In this document: one piece after another, positions 9,776 to 18,976 of the stretch
Position numbering within the stretch: position 1 is the first letter of the stretch
How the letters are laid out: each line of letters opens with the position of its first letter
Assembly: GCA_001567355.1 (NCBI GenBank)
Contig: JYNZ01000003.1
Location: forward strand, 678,762 to 742,761
Direction: 5' to 3'
Source: a candidate division WS6 bacterium OLB20
GTDB lineage: Bacteria; Patescibacteriota; Dojkabacteria; B142; OLB20
Length of the DNA stretch: 64,000 bases
Notes under the pieces: model-generated
Database searches by the model: none
What the model was told of the DNA's origin: nothing
Seen by the model: only the letters and a program-made list of their open reading frames with translations
Translations under genes and position numbers: made by a program

Positions 9776-11005
9776 TCAGTAGTCCTTTTTTCTGCGCAGA
9801 AACGAAGGAGTCTCCAGGTCATCCTCGTCCTCATCGGCCAAAGACGCGCTTGTCCGCTTTGGCTTTGAAACCAGCGGAGGGGGCGACATCAGATCATCTT
9901 CAGAAGAGTCATCGCTGTCATCCATCGAATCATCCAGCACAGGTCGTGCAGGTACCGACTGCTGAGTCGGAGTATAGTTGTCGTTGCTGTACGCACCCTG
10001 TGTCTGCTGAGGTCGTGCCGACTGCCGCATCGGGATTGGAGTCCCTGTTTCGTCAAGGTCAAATCCTGTTGCCAGAACGGTGATCATGATCTCATCCTGC
10101 ATCTCCGGGTCGATATGCGCTCCAAAGATTACATTGGCGTCCGGATCAACAGCCTCTGAGATCAGCTTTGCAGCCTCGTCGATCTCGTACATGGCGAGGT
10201 CCTTGCCGCCGATCACATTAAACAATACGCCGGTGGCACCATTAATGGTCATCTCGAGCAGCGGGCTGTTCATTGCCTGCTTCATGGCTTCTGTTGCGCG
10301 ATCGTCTCCGCTTGCGGTACCCATCCCCATAAGTGCCGTACCTGCATTGCTCATGACAGATCTGACGTCAGCAAAATCAAGGTTGATGATCCCGTGCTGT
10401 GTGATCAGCTGCGAAATGCTTTTGACAGCCTGTGCCAGCACGTCGTCTACCATTCGCATGGCATCGAAAAACGAGATGTTGCGATCGATAACATCAAGCA
10501 GACGCTGGTTGGGGATAACTATCAGTGTGTCGACCTTTTCTTTTATCTGTGTGATACCCTCTAGTGCGACACTCATGCGTCGCTTGCCCTCAAAGTTGAA
10601 CGGTTTTTCGACAATACCCACTGTTAGAGCGCCAAGGTTTTTGGAAATGCCTGCTACAACAGGGCTTGCACCTGTCCCTGTGCCGCCACCCATGCCTGCT
10701 GTGATAAAGACCATATCAGATCCTGCCAGGTTTTCGTGAAGCAGGTCTACGCTTTCTTCAGCTGCCTTGCGTCCGATTTGGGGGTTTCCACCACTGCCGA
10801 GTCCTCTGGTGATTTCTTCACCGATCTTGAGTTTGACCTCGGCGCTGTTATTGGCAAGCGCCTGCGAGTCGGTGTTAACAGCAACAAACTCGACACCTTC
10901 GATGTCGTAGTTCTGGATCATGTTGTTAATCGCATTACCACCAGCGCCGCCTACGCCGACAACTTTTATTCTTGCTACATTTGAGGATTGAGGTTTTACG
11001 AGCAT
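9776..11005 (-). CDS. ftsZ: cell division GTPase FtsZ
   Basis: Tubulin signature GGGTGTGASPVVA, and T7 loop (NxDFAD-like: INLDFADV). Acidic/variable C-terminal linker. Confidence 0.95.
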   Translation of the reverse strand: MLVKPQSSNVARIKVVGVGGAGGNAINNMIQNYDIEGVEFVAVNTDSQALANNSAEVKLKIGEEITRGLGSGGNPQIGRKAAEESVDLLHENLAGSDMVFITAGMGGGTGTGASPVVAGISKNLGALTVGIVEKPFNFEGKRRMSVALEGITQIKEKVDTLIVIPNQRLLDVIDRNISFFDAMRMVDDVLAQAVKSISQLITQHGIINLDFADVRSVMSNAGTALMGMGTASGDDRATEAMKQAMNSPLLEMTINGATGVLFNVIGGKDLAMYEIDEAAKLISEAVDPDANVIFGAHIDPEMQDEIMITVLATGFDLDETGTPIPMRQSARPQQTQGAYSNDNYTPTQQSVPARPVLDDSMDDSDDSSEDDLMSPPPLVSKPKRTSASLADEDEDDLETPSFLRRKKDY

Positions 11006-11101
11006 GGTTCTGGTTACGATGTAATAGTTACAGCCGGGAGTTCGGTCTAGTTAAAAGTGGCAAGAGTCTAGTCTAAAAGATACCAGTGATTTGCGCAATA
11101 A

Positions 11102-12439
11102 TCAAGGCAAAAGGTTACGTATAAAACTGCCAAGGCGCCCTGCAAGACCGCTTCCGCTGCCTGTATTCTTCAGTGATACCTGCTTGCGTGCACCTCCGTA
11201 ACCTTCGTCCATTGCTCCGTAGAGTGCAAGCCCCTGAACAACAGAGTAGGCCGGACTTGAGATCTCATCGACAAGCCCTTCCAGTCCCTTCGGGTAGCCG
11301 ATACGGGCCGGCACACCAAAAACCTTTTTGGCAATAGATGTGATACCGGGAACAAGTGCGGTTCCACCGGTGATTACAACGCCTGCGGGCAGGCGGGTTT
11401 CGTGTCCTGCCTCTTCGACCTGTTTGATTATCAGATCAAACACTTCGCTGAGACGGGCATCGATGATTTCTTCAAACAGTTTGCGCGATATAGTATTCAC
11501 TCCTTCGATCTCCAGTTTACTTACATCAATGATGTCACGTTTCTTTTTTGCAGCAGCAGGTTTCTTCTCTCCATCCTCGTCATCCTGTCCAAGGAGTTTC
11601 TGACGCTTCTGGGTGGCTTCGCTTACGGCAGTTTCTGATTTTGTGTTTTTTATCAATTCTTCAGCATTCAGCTTGATACGTTCCGAGTCCTCAAGAGAGA
11701 CACGCAGACCGATAGCCAGGTCGGATGTCAGATTGGCACCTCCCAGTGGCAGGCTTCCACTGTAGGTGATCGCATCTTCGACAAACGAGGTAATGGATGT
11801 GGTGCCGCCACCGATATCAAGCAGCATGACGCCAAGCTCTTTTTCGGTCGGAGTCAGAACGGCGTTTGAGGCCGCCCAGCCTGTAAATACGATATCGTCA
11901 ACCCTCAGGCCAAGCTGCTGAACGCATTTGACCAGATTATGAAGAGCGGAGGAAGTGGCAGAGATAATGTGCGCATCAACCTCGAGACGCGTTCCGGACA
12001 TTCCGATCGGGTCTTTGATGCCGCCCTGTGCGTCAACTATAAATTCGCGCGGGATAACGTGCAGAATCTCGCGTGAAGGCGGGATCGATACCGTGCGTGC
12101 GCTTTCGATTGCGCGGAATACATCGTCGGCGATGATCTCGTCCTGTGCAACAGCAACAACGCCTTTATTGTTAGTGCTGGTGATGTGTTTTCCGTTTATT
12201 GAGATGTAGACAGAGGAGACGGTGAGACCTGCCATGCGTTCGGCTGCCTCGAGCGATGCGGCAATCGAATTGATCGCGTCGTCAATGTTTACAATCACTC
12301 CTTTTTTGAGACCCTGACTCGGGTATGTTGCTACGCCTATAACTGATGGCGGCTGTCCTTCTTCCAGTGAGGAGATGACCGTCGAAATCTTCGTAGAACC
12401 GATATCAAGAGCAGTAATAATCCTGTTGGCCATGTGCAA
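11102..12439 (-). CDS. ftsA: cell division protein FtsA (actin-like ATPase); probable start at 12433 (MANRII...)
   Basis: ITALDIGSTKISTVI phosphate-1 motif, DIGGGTT phosphate-2 motif, VITGGTALVPG adenosine motif. Lies between ftsQ and ftsZ. Confidence 0.9.
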   Translation of the reverse strand: MHMANRIITALDIGSTKISTVISSLEEGQPPSVIGVATYPSQGLKKGVIVNIDDAINSIAASLEAAERMAGLTVSSVYISINGKHITSTNNKGVVAVAQDEIIADDVFRAIESARTVSIPPSREILHVIPREFIVDAQGGIKDPIGMSGTRLEVDAHIISATSSALHNLVKCVQQLGLRVDDIVFTGWAASNAVLTPTEKELGVMLLDIGGGTTSITSFVEDAITYSGSLPLGGANLTSDLAIGLRVSLEDSERIKLNAEELIKNTKSETAVSEATQKRQKLLGQDDEDGEKKPAAAKKKRDIIDVSKLEIEGVNTISRKLFEEIIDARLSEVFDLIIKQVEEAGHETRLPAGVVITGGTALVPGITSIAKKVFGVPARIGYPKGLEGLVDEISSPAYSVVQGLALYGAMDEGYGGARKQVSLKNTGSGSGLAGRLGSFIRNLLP

Positions 12440-12545
12440 TTACAAATTGTTACTACATTCTAACTAAAAAGCCCCTCACCTACAACAGCCTGACGTTCAG
12501 GTACGGTATTCTATCATGCCCGGACTTGCGTGCATGTACTTCAGA

Positions 12546-13682
12546 TTATTTTACCGATACTTTGCTGGAACTCAAGTCCATTTCAGCGTATTCCTCGCCA
12601 CGGATCCGGAGCTGTTCACTGATGACAGCAAAATCCTCAAGCTGCTCACGGTAATCACGCTGTGTACCCATGGTTACGGTTTTTCCGTTTGTAAATGCAA
12701 GGCTCACAATGTAGGGGCTTTCCCAGGTTACACGTTCGATAATATAGTCGTTCAGACCTGCAAAGAACACGCGAGCTTCGTGTGTAAGTTCGAGCCGTGC
12801 CAGGTCAACCTTGTCGTTTTGCACGTAGGGGTCGTTTGAGTAGACGTACACGCGCGGGAGCCCTGCATACAGCGATTGCGAGGCCTGCCGGGCAAAATTG
12901 CTGTGAATCTCGGAAGCCTTTGCCAGCAGTTCCGAACGGATCTGCTCAAGCGTTGCTATCTTACGGCTCAGAGGTATGCCCGTAAAATCAAAGCTGTCCT
13001 GCGTATCACCCTCAGGGCTGTCCTGATCCACAGGATCATCCTCTGATTCCCGGGGCTGATTCAGATCCAGCCGCATGCGCTGTTTTACATAATCTGCATT
13101 GGGATTACCCAGGCCTTTGATGATATCTATATCCGACTGCGAAAGATTAACCTTGCCTTCCGCGATTATCTCAATCACTGTACCGTCGTCGTCAACGAGG
13201 TAGACACCGTTAAAGTTTATAAGTGTGGTGTTTGGCTGACGTTCACGCAGCATCACCTGCAGTCTGTCGGGCAGAAACTTCTGCACCGAGACCTCTTCAA
13301 AGTACAGATCGGAATTGATCAGGGCTGTTTCGATAGTATCGGTACGTGTCAGAAAAATGTTCTGCTGCATGAACGGTTCAAACCGTGCTGACAGCTCACT
13401 GTCGCTCAGCGTACTGTTGCCGATAAACGCAATCTGTTTAATGCGGAATGTATCAGACGTCAGCAGAGAAGAGACAAGTGCAAGCAGTACAATAACTGCA
13501 GCAGCCCCCAGGGCGGAGAAAATAATGGAACGTTTCTCGCGCAAGGATGCTACTGTTCCCGCAAGTTTTGTAGACTTGCGTCGCCTGACCGTCTGCTCGC
13601 TTGTGCGTCTGAACTCAAACGTCTTGTTGCGGTAGGATGGTCCGGCCTGAGGTTTTGGTTTACGTGCAAAAGGCGGCCTCAT
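12546..13682 (-). CDS. ftsQ: cell division protein FtsQ/DivIB (POTRA domain, single TM)
   Basis: Basic cytoplasmic N-terminus, one TM helix, then a POTRA-like segment (FRIKQIAFIGNSTLSDSEL...). Immediately upstream of ftsA-ftsZ. Confidence 0.65.
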   Translation of the reverse strand: MRPPFARKPKPQAGPSYRNKTFEFRRTSEQTVRRRKSTKLAGTVASLREKRSIIFSALGAAAVIVLLALVSSLLTSDTFRIKQIAFIGNSTLSDSELSARFEPFMQQNIFLTRTDTIETALINSDLYFEEVSVQKFLPDRLQVMLRERQPNTTLINFNGVYLVDDDGTVIEIIAEGKVNLSQSDIDIIKGLGNPNADYVKQRMRLDLNQPRESEDDPVDQDSPEGDTQDSFDFTGIPLSRKIATLEQIRSELLAKASEIHSNFARQASQSLYAGLPRVYVYSNDPYVQNDKVDLARLELTHEARVFFAGLNDYIIERVTWESPYIVSLAFTNGKTVTMGTQRDYREQLEDFAVISEQLRIRGEEYAEMDLSSSKVSVK

Positions 13683-13731
13683 GGCAGTTTATTATAGCGC
13701 AGCTCAGCTGTGTAGACATTTCCGGGCAAAG

Positions 13732-13777
13732 AAAAACCCCGCCAGGTTCTGAATTATGCTCAGAACGACGGGGTTTT
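13732..13777 (-). terminator. rho-independent terminator downstream of rpsO (possibly bidirectional)
   Basis: AAAAA-CCCCGccagGTTCTGAattatgcTCAGAACgaCGGGG-TTTT. Perfect GC-rich stem flanked by an A-run and a T-run. Confidence 0.6.
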
Positions 13778-13794
13778 AGTAGTACCAGTCAGGC

Positions 13795-14063
13795 TTAAGA
13801 AAGGCCAAGTGCCTTTTTAAGCTCTTCAACCGCCTCTTTGCCTTCTTTGTGCTCAAGGTAGGTGAGCAGCCGTCTGCGCTGTCCAACCATTCCAAGCAGA
13901 CCACGGCGTGAGTGGTTGTCTTTTTTGTGCTTCTTAAGGTGGGAGCAAGATCGTCGATCTTTGCCGTCAGGAGTGCAATCTGCACCTGCGGAGAGCCTGT
14001 ATCGCTGTCGCTCGTGCGGAACTTGGCGATAATCTCCTGCTTTTTCTCATTACTGAGAGCCAT
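13795..14063 (-). CDS. rpsO: 30S ribosomal protein S15, interrupted by a 1-nt frameshift near 13938-13952 (CCCACC run)
   Basis: N-terminal frame gives [39 protein letters not shown]. The other frame gives a canonical S15 C-terminus: [48 protein letters not shown]. Span is 269 nt, one base short of 89 aa plus stop. Confidence 0.8.
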
Positions 14064-14157
14064 AGCATGAAACTAATAAATATCTGTAAACTTCAGCTGA
14101 AGGTATGATCTAGCAGCCGAAGTAAAAGTATGAACGTATTATAGCATGAAACAGTAA

Positions 14158-14185
14158 GGGCACAGAAACTCTGTGCCCTCAAAAA
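14158..14185 (-). terminator. candidate terminator hairpin downstream of trxA (GGGCACAGaaactCTGTGCCC)
   Basis: 8-bp perfect stem, 5-nt loop. Weak U-tract on the minus strand. Confidence 0.4.
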
Positions 14186-14202
14186 TCAAGTCCGGGTGGT
14201 GT

Positions 14203-14532
14203 TTACTCCTCGAGCAGTTCTTTCAGTTTGTCCTCAATATCCTCTTCGGGTCTTAAGCCTACCATGGTCTCGACAGCATCACCGCCCTTATAAAAGATCA
14301 GGGTAGGAATGCTCATAACATGATACTGGCTTTGCGTCTCAGGGTTTTCGTCGACGTTGAGCTTGAAAATTCTGACTTTAGGATTGTTGCTGTATCGTTC
14401 TGCGATTGCGTCAATGATCGGACCCTGCACTCTGCACGGACCGCACCATTCTGCCCAGAAGTCTACAATCGTGACACCGTCAAATTCGAGGACTTCTGCT
14501 TGAAAGTCCTGGTCGGTGATAGGTTGTCCCAT
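14203..14532 (-). CDS. trxA: thioredoxin
   Basis: Active site WAEWCGPCR. 109 aa. Confidence 0.9.
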   Translation of the reverse strand: MGQPITDQDFQAEVLEFDGVTIVDFWAEWCGPCRVQGPIIDAIAERYSNNPKVRIFKLNVDENPETQSQYHVMSIPTLIFYKGGDAVETMVGLRPEEDIEDKLKELLEE

Positions 14533-14563
14533 TACTGGAAGGTGCTGAGAATTAAAATACGGG

Positions 14564-14899
14564 TTATTCCTTGGCTGTTTCGTCGCCTGGCTTTTTGTTC
14601 AGGCGTTCGTTTACGCTGCCTTTAAGATCGCTGATCTTAACGGTGATATCATCACGAACTCTGGAGGCCTGATCGTTGACACGGTTAAGAAACGGCTCAA
14701 CGCGTTCCTCCTGAAAGCTGTCGACAGCTTCGAGGCCCTTTTTAAACATTCTGTCGCTTGCCTGTCTTACTTTGCGGCGGGTTGCCTCACCTTTTTGAGG
14801 TGCAAACAGCAGTCCGGCTGCAGCTCCGGCAGCCGCTCCAAGCAGTGCTCCTGCAATAAAACCTGCAATACCTGCTCCTGAGTTATTATTGTTGCTCAT
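14564..14899 (-). CDS. YtxH-like (DUF948-associated) general stress-type protein
   Basis: Gly/Ala-rich N-terminal helix (GFIAGALLGAAAGAAAGLLFAPQKGEATRRK) typical of YtxH proteins. Confidence 0.5.
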   Translation of the reverse strand: MSNNNNSGAGIAGFIAGALLGAAAGAAAGLLFAPQKGEATRRKVRQASDRMFKKGLEAVDSFQEERVEPFLNRVNDQASRVRDDITVKISDLKGSVNERLNKKPGDETAKE

Positions 14900-14923
14900 G
14901 ATAAACGATGTAAAGTATAGATA

Positions 14924-15280
14924 TTATACTCCCGTCTCTTCATCCACTATGTCGGCAAAGTCGTTTTCTGGTTGAGTTTCGGTTTTGCCACGGGATTTAC
15001 GGAAATTTTTTACAAATCCGAAGATTGATGAAAGCGGTTCGACGACTCCGGTTGTAAAGCCGCTAACAGAGTCGACTACACCTTTCAGGCGTCTGCTGAT
15101 ATAGTCGTAGTCATTAACCAGCCGGTCGCTCAGGTCGCCGAATGCCTGCAGTACCTGACGCAGGTCACGGATACTGTCTGCAAATGCACCAAGCAGTCGC
15201 ATACACTGGTAGGTTAAGCCTAAAATGCTTATACTGAAAACTATTACGAGCAGCAGTTTGGCAAAATCGTCAACGCTCAT
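14924..15280 (-). CDS. DUF948-like membrane-anchored protein
   Basis: N-terminal TM then coiled segment. Commonly paired with YtxH-type genes. Confidence 0.45.
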   Translation of the reverse strand: MSVDDFAKLLLVIVFSISILGLTYQCMRLLGAFADSIRDLRQVLQAFGDLSDRLVNDYDYISRRLKGVVDSVSGFTTGVVEPLSSIFGFVKNFRKSRGKTETQPENDFADIVDEETGV

Positions 15281-15381
15281 CTGATATTAGTAATAATGAA
15301 TCTTATCCCGATAAGTATGTCACAAACAGCGCAAATTCGCAATTTACCACGGGGCACGGGCGCCTCGAACACTTACCAGTC

Positions 15382-16128
15382 ATGAGGATCAACTATACCG
15401 TAAAGGGAGAGGGGCCGAGTATGATGCTGCTGCACGGATGGGGCGGGTCGTCTGCCAGTCTCGAGGTGCTCCAGCAGGAACTTGCCGGGATGGGGTTTCA
15501 GGTGTTCAATGTCGACCTCCCGGGGTTTGGACAGAGCGAAATGTCCAAGCCGGTGATGGATCTGGACGACTATGTCGAGTTTCTTCACTCTCTGATTGAC
15601 AAGCTGAATATCTACAAGCCGGTGATAATCGGACATTCGTTCGGGGGGCAGCTGACCATGGCGCATGCCATCAAATATCCGCGTGTGGCATCCAAGCTGG
15701 TGCTGATAAACGCCTCGGGACTTGATCCGAAGAATACCGCCAGAAAGGGATTTTTTCTGGTTGTTTCAAAAGTGTTTGGAACCCTGTTTTCTGTCCCTCC
15801 GCTCAGTTTTGTTAAACCGCTGGTTCGCAGTCTGTACTATAAACTGATTGTCAGAGAGCGTGATTATCTGCAGGCGGGAACGTTACAGGAGACATTGAAA
15901 CGTGTTCTGTCAGAGCATCTCGATGACAGGGTCCGCACTATTGAAGAAGACACGCTTCTTATCTGGGGACAGAATGATACATCGACACCGCTGTGGATGG
16001 GTGAACAACTGCAGGCCAGTATCCCGTCCGCCCGGCTTGAGGTTGTCGAACAGGCCACGCACGGACTGCCGCTTAAGCAGCCCGAGCTTGTCGCAAAGAT
16101 CATTTATACATTTGTACACGCACGCTGA
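15382..16128 (+). CDS. alpha/beta-fold hydrolase
   Basis: MMLLHGWGGSSASL... and GHSFGG nucleophile elbow. Confidence 0.75.
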   Translation: MRINYTVKGEGPSMMLLHGWGGSSASLEVLQQELAGMGFQVFNVDLPGFGQSEMSKPVMDLDDYVEFLHSLIDKLNIYKPVIIGHSFGGQLTMAHAIKYPRVASKLVLINASGLDPKNTARKGFFLVVSKVFGTLFSVPPLSFVKPLVRSLYYKLIVRERDYLQAGTLQETLKRVLSEHLDDRVRTIEEDTLLIWGQNDTSTPLWMGEQLQASIPSARLEVVEQATHGLPLKQPELVAKIIYTFVHAR

Positions 16129-17954
16129 TGGCAATGCTGTATGCGCTGGTTATTTTCTTTTCTCTGCCGGCAGGAGTGTTTATCTTCAAACAGGTGCTGT
16201 GGTTTGTGTACCTCTGGCAGATCAAGGAGTACAGAGTTGACCGCGTTTATGCGCATTACCGTTATGAAGATACTCACAGCGGGCAGCTACTGCTGACCTT
16301 TCTCAAGTTCGGCTGTGCGGTGGTTACGTCTCTGTTTCTGCTTTATCCCGAAAACTCAGTCCTGCTTGCAGGGCCAGTGCTTACGTTTATTCTTTACATC
16401 ATCCTGTTTCAGAACTCACTGCAGGAAGTCATCGGTCACCGGCTGGCGCGTCCTAAAATCAAGAGTGTCCGTAATGCAATCGTTGTTGCCGGTGCGCTTG
16501 TTAGTCTAGTGCTGCCGCTGGCCGTGTTTCTCTGGTGGCTTGCTGATTTCTCCGCCCAGCTCACTCCTGCTGCACAGTCTGCAATGGAGCGCTACCAGTC
16601 GGCCGACTTTTCTGACGTGCTGCCTGATGTGACCGGTGAAGGCGTTGTGACTGTGCCGTTTGCAGTCGTTACGGTGGCGTCCACCGCGCTTGTCGTGCTG
16701 GCTACCGATCTGCTTACCCACCTGATAATTATTATCTGGGTACTGTTAACAGCGCCCCTGGCCGAGTTCAGGCGCAGGTATCTGCGCATGCGGGCTGCTG
16801 CAAAACTGGCCGGCATCCGTCAGACTGGGAAGCTGAAGGTTATCGCAGTAACAGGCAGTTACGGCAAGACGACGACCAAGGAACTGCTGTATCAGCTGCT
16901 GTCGCAGAAGTACAAGACGGTTAAAACCCCCGAAAACAAAAACACAGCGGTCGGTGTAGCAATGACGGTACTGACTGACCTGCATGAGGACACAGAGGTG
17001 TTTATCGCCGAGATGGGAGCCTACCGTAAAGGAGAGATCAGAGATGCCACAGAAGTAGCGCCTCCTGATGTCAGCATTGTCACTGCAGTTGGAGAACAGC
17101 ACCTGGCTCTGTTCGGTTCGGTCGAAAACATCTTTCATGCCAAGTACGAGATTGTGGCAGGACTTCGCGAGGGAGGGCTGGCTGTGCTGAACGGGGATAA
17201 CGAATACTGCATGCGCATGGCTGAGCAGACTGATCACCGGACGGTACTGTACTTTACTGTTCAGGGTGATGCGGTCACTGCCGCAGAGGTCACCCCGCCA
17301 CAGCATCGTGATCAGGACAGGCTTCCTGCTGATCATCATGTGTATGCTTATGATATACAAAAGACAGGTAAGGGTCTCGACTTTCAGCTCCGCTACAGAA
17401 AAGAGGAGTACACTGTCAATACTCCATTCAAGGCCAGGCACGATATCTCAAATCTGCTTGCTGTAATGATCTCAATGACAGAGATCGGACTGAGTATGGC
17501 TGAGGTTGTCCGCCTGATAAATACAACAAAAGACCTGAGTGTGCCGTATCTTAATACACACGAGGGAGTTGCAGGCAGTGTGATTATTGATGACGGATAC
17601 AATGCCAATCTGCCTGCATTTCTTGATGCGCTTCAGTACACCAAAGACTATGCCGCAAAAGGCAAACGCTGGCTGATGACGGAAGGACTGATTGAACTGG
17701 GAACTGTGCGGGATACCAGGTACAAAGAGCTTGCCCGCAAGATTACAGAGACTGTTGATGGTATGATTACATCCGATAAGCATCTGGCCGCTGCGGTAAC
17801 AAATGCACAGGAGGACTTTATTGTATGCTTTGCCGATACAGATCAGGGCTTTCTTAATCATTACATAGATCTGGTAAACGAAGGTGACGTTGTGCTTGTC
17901 GAGGGGCGTCTGTCACCAGAGGTGGAGAGGGGAATCATCAAACGGGCTCAATGA
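16128..17954 (+). CDS. murF: UDP-N-acetylmuramoyl-tripeptide--D-alanyl-D-alanine ligase (MurF) with an ~230-aa N-terminal polytopic membrane extension
   Basis: Mur ligase P-loop VIAVTGSYGKTTTKEL. MurF-specific DDGYNANLPAF (DDSYNANP) motif. C-terminal Mur ligase domain. Residues 1-230 contain ~5 hydrophobic helices. Confidence 0.8.
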   Translation: MAMLYALVIFFSLPAGVFIFKQVLWFVYLWQIKEYRVDRVYAHYRYEDTHSGQLLLTFLKFGCAVVTSLFLLYPENSVLLAGPVLTFILYIILFQNSLQEVIGHRLARPKIKSVRNAIVVAGALVSLVLPLAVFLWWLADFSAQLTPAAQSAMERYQSADFSDVLPDVTGEGVVTVPFAVVTVASTALVVLATDLLTHLIIIIWVLLTAPLAEFRRRYLRMRAAAKLAGIRQTGKLKVIAVTGSYGKTTTKELLYQLLSQKYKTVKTPENKNTAVGVAMTVLTDLHEDTEVFIAEMGAYRKGEIRDATEVAPPDVSIVTAVGEQHLALFGSVENIFHAKYEIVAGLREGGLAVLNGDNEYCMRMAEQTDHRTVLYFTVQGDAVTAAEVTPPQHRDQDRLPADHHVYAYDIQKTGKGLDFQLRYRKEEYTVNTPFKARHDISNLLAVMISMTEIGLSMAEVVRLINTTKDLSVPYLNTHEGVAGSVIIDDGYNANLPAFLDALQYTKDYAAKGKRWLMTEGLIELGTVRDTRYKELARKITETVDGMITSDKHLAAAVTNAQEDFIVCFADTDQGFLNHYIDLVNEGDVVLVEGRLSPEVERGIIKRAQ

Positions 17955-18976
17955 ACATAACTGTCGGAGTAATAACAGAAAAATCTGTCTGGGAGGGTTT
18001 TCTCGGTGACTCCGGCCTGGCACATTCGTTTTTTCAGTCATGGAACTGGGGGCAGTTTGAACGCTCACTTGGCAAGACAATCCACTACCTTGGATTTTAT
18101 CAGCTGGATTCACTGCTTGCTGTGGCGCTTGTTACTGAGGTTGATGCCCGCAGAGGCCGGTTTCTGCACGTACGCAACGGTCCCGTGCTTGACTGGCGAC
18201 AAGCTTCCATGGCAAAGGCCATACTTGCAGAACTCGAACAGTTTGCGCGATCTGTCAGCTGTGATTACCTGCGCATCAGCCCGCTTGTGCCACCGGCAGG
18301 GCAGCAGGAGCGTCTCGTACGTATGAGCGGGTTTGTCGACAGTCAGATGCATGATGTTGATGCTGAGATAACCTGGATGCTTGACCTGAGACAGCCAGAG
18401 GAGAAAATACTGGCAGAAATGCGGAAAAACACCCGCTACTACATCCGCAAAGCAGAGCGTGATGGCGTCACCATAGAGGTGACGACCGATCCGGAACGGA
18501 TTGACGACTTCTGGCCCATATATCAGGATACGATCAGGCGCCAGAAATGGAGCGCCTACAGCAAGGAGTACATCCGCAGTGAGTTTGAGCAGTTTGTTAA
18601 AGACGGCTCTGCAGCGCTGTTTCTTGCCCGATACGAAGACAGGTGGATCGCTGGTGCAATCTTTATCTACTACAACGGCCAGGTCTATTATCATCATTCG
18701 GGCAGCCTGACAGAATATCGAAAGATCACAGCCCCGTATCTTCTGCAGTGGGAGTCAATCCGCGAGGCAAAAAGACGCGGCATGGATACTTACAACTTCT
18801 TTGGCATAGCCAGAACGGATGACGAGACGCACCCCTGGCACGGTCTGACATTCTTTAAAAAAGGCTTTGGCGGATATGAGCAGGTGTGGATGCATGCGAA
18901 AGATAAGCCGCTCAGGCTGCGCTACTGGATTACACATCTCTACGAACGCTACGAGCGTAATCGCCGCGGCTACTGA
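17951..18976 (+). CDS. FemAB-family peptidyltransferase (peptidoglycan branch/cross-bridge aminoacyl transferase)
   Basis: GNAT-like tandem fold signature of FemABX proteins (…YYIRKAERDGVTIE…, …FFKKGFGG…). 4-nt overlap with murF. Confidence 0.65.
   Translation: MNITVGVITEKSVWEGFLGDSGLAHSFFQSWNWGQFERSLGKTIHYLGFYQLDSLLAVALVTEVDARRGRFLHVRNGPVLDWRQASMAKAILAELEQFARSVSCDYLRISPLVPPAGQQERLVRMSGFVDSQMHDVDAEITWMLDLRQPEEKILAEMRKNTRYYIRKAERDGVTIEVTTDPERIDDFWPIYQDTIRRQKWSAYSKEYIRSEFEQFVKDGSAALFLARYEDRWIAGAIFIYYNGQVYYHHSGSLTEYRKITAPYLLQWESIREAKRRGMDTYNFFGIARTDDETHPWHGLTFFKKGFGGYEQVWMHAKDKPLRLRYWITHLYERYERNRRGY

Noticed and set aside
10080-10739. 219-aa ORF antisense to ftsZ
   Set aside because: Shadow ORF. 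Low-complexity Ser/Ala-rich.
16746-17441. 231-aa ORF antisense to murF; similar shadow ORFs at 17472-17861, 21544-22146, 25494-26054, 43967-44749
   Set aside because: All lie inside better-supported genes on the opposite strand and lack motifs.
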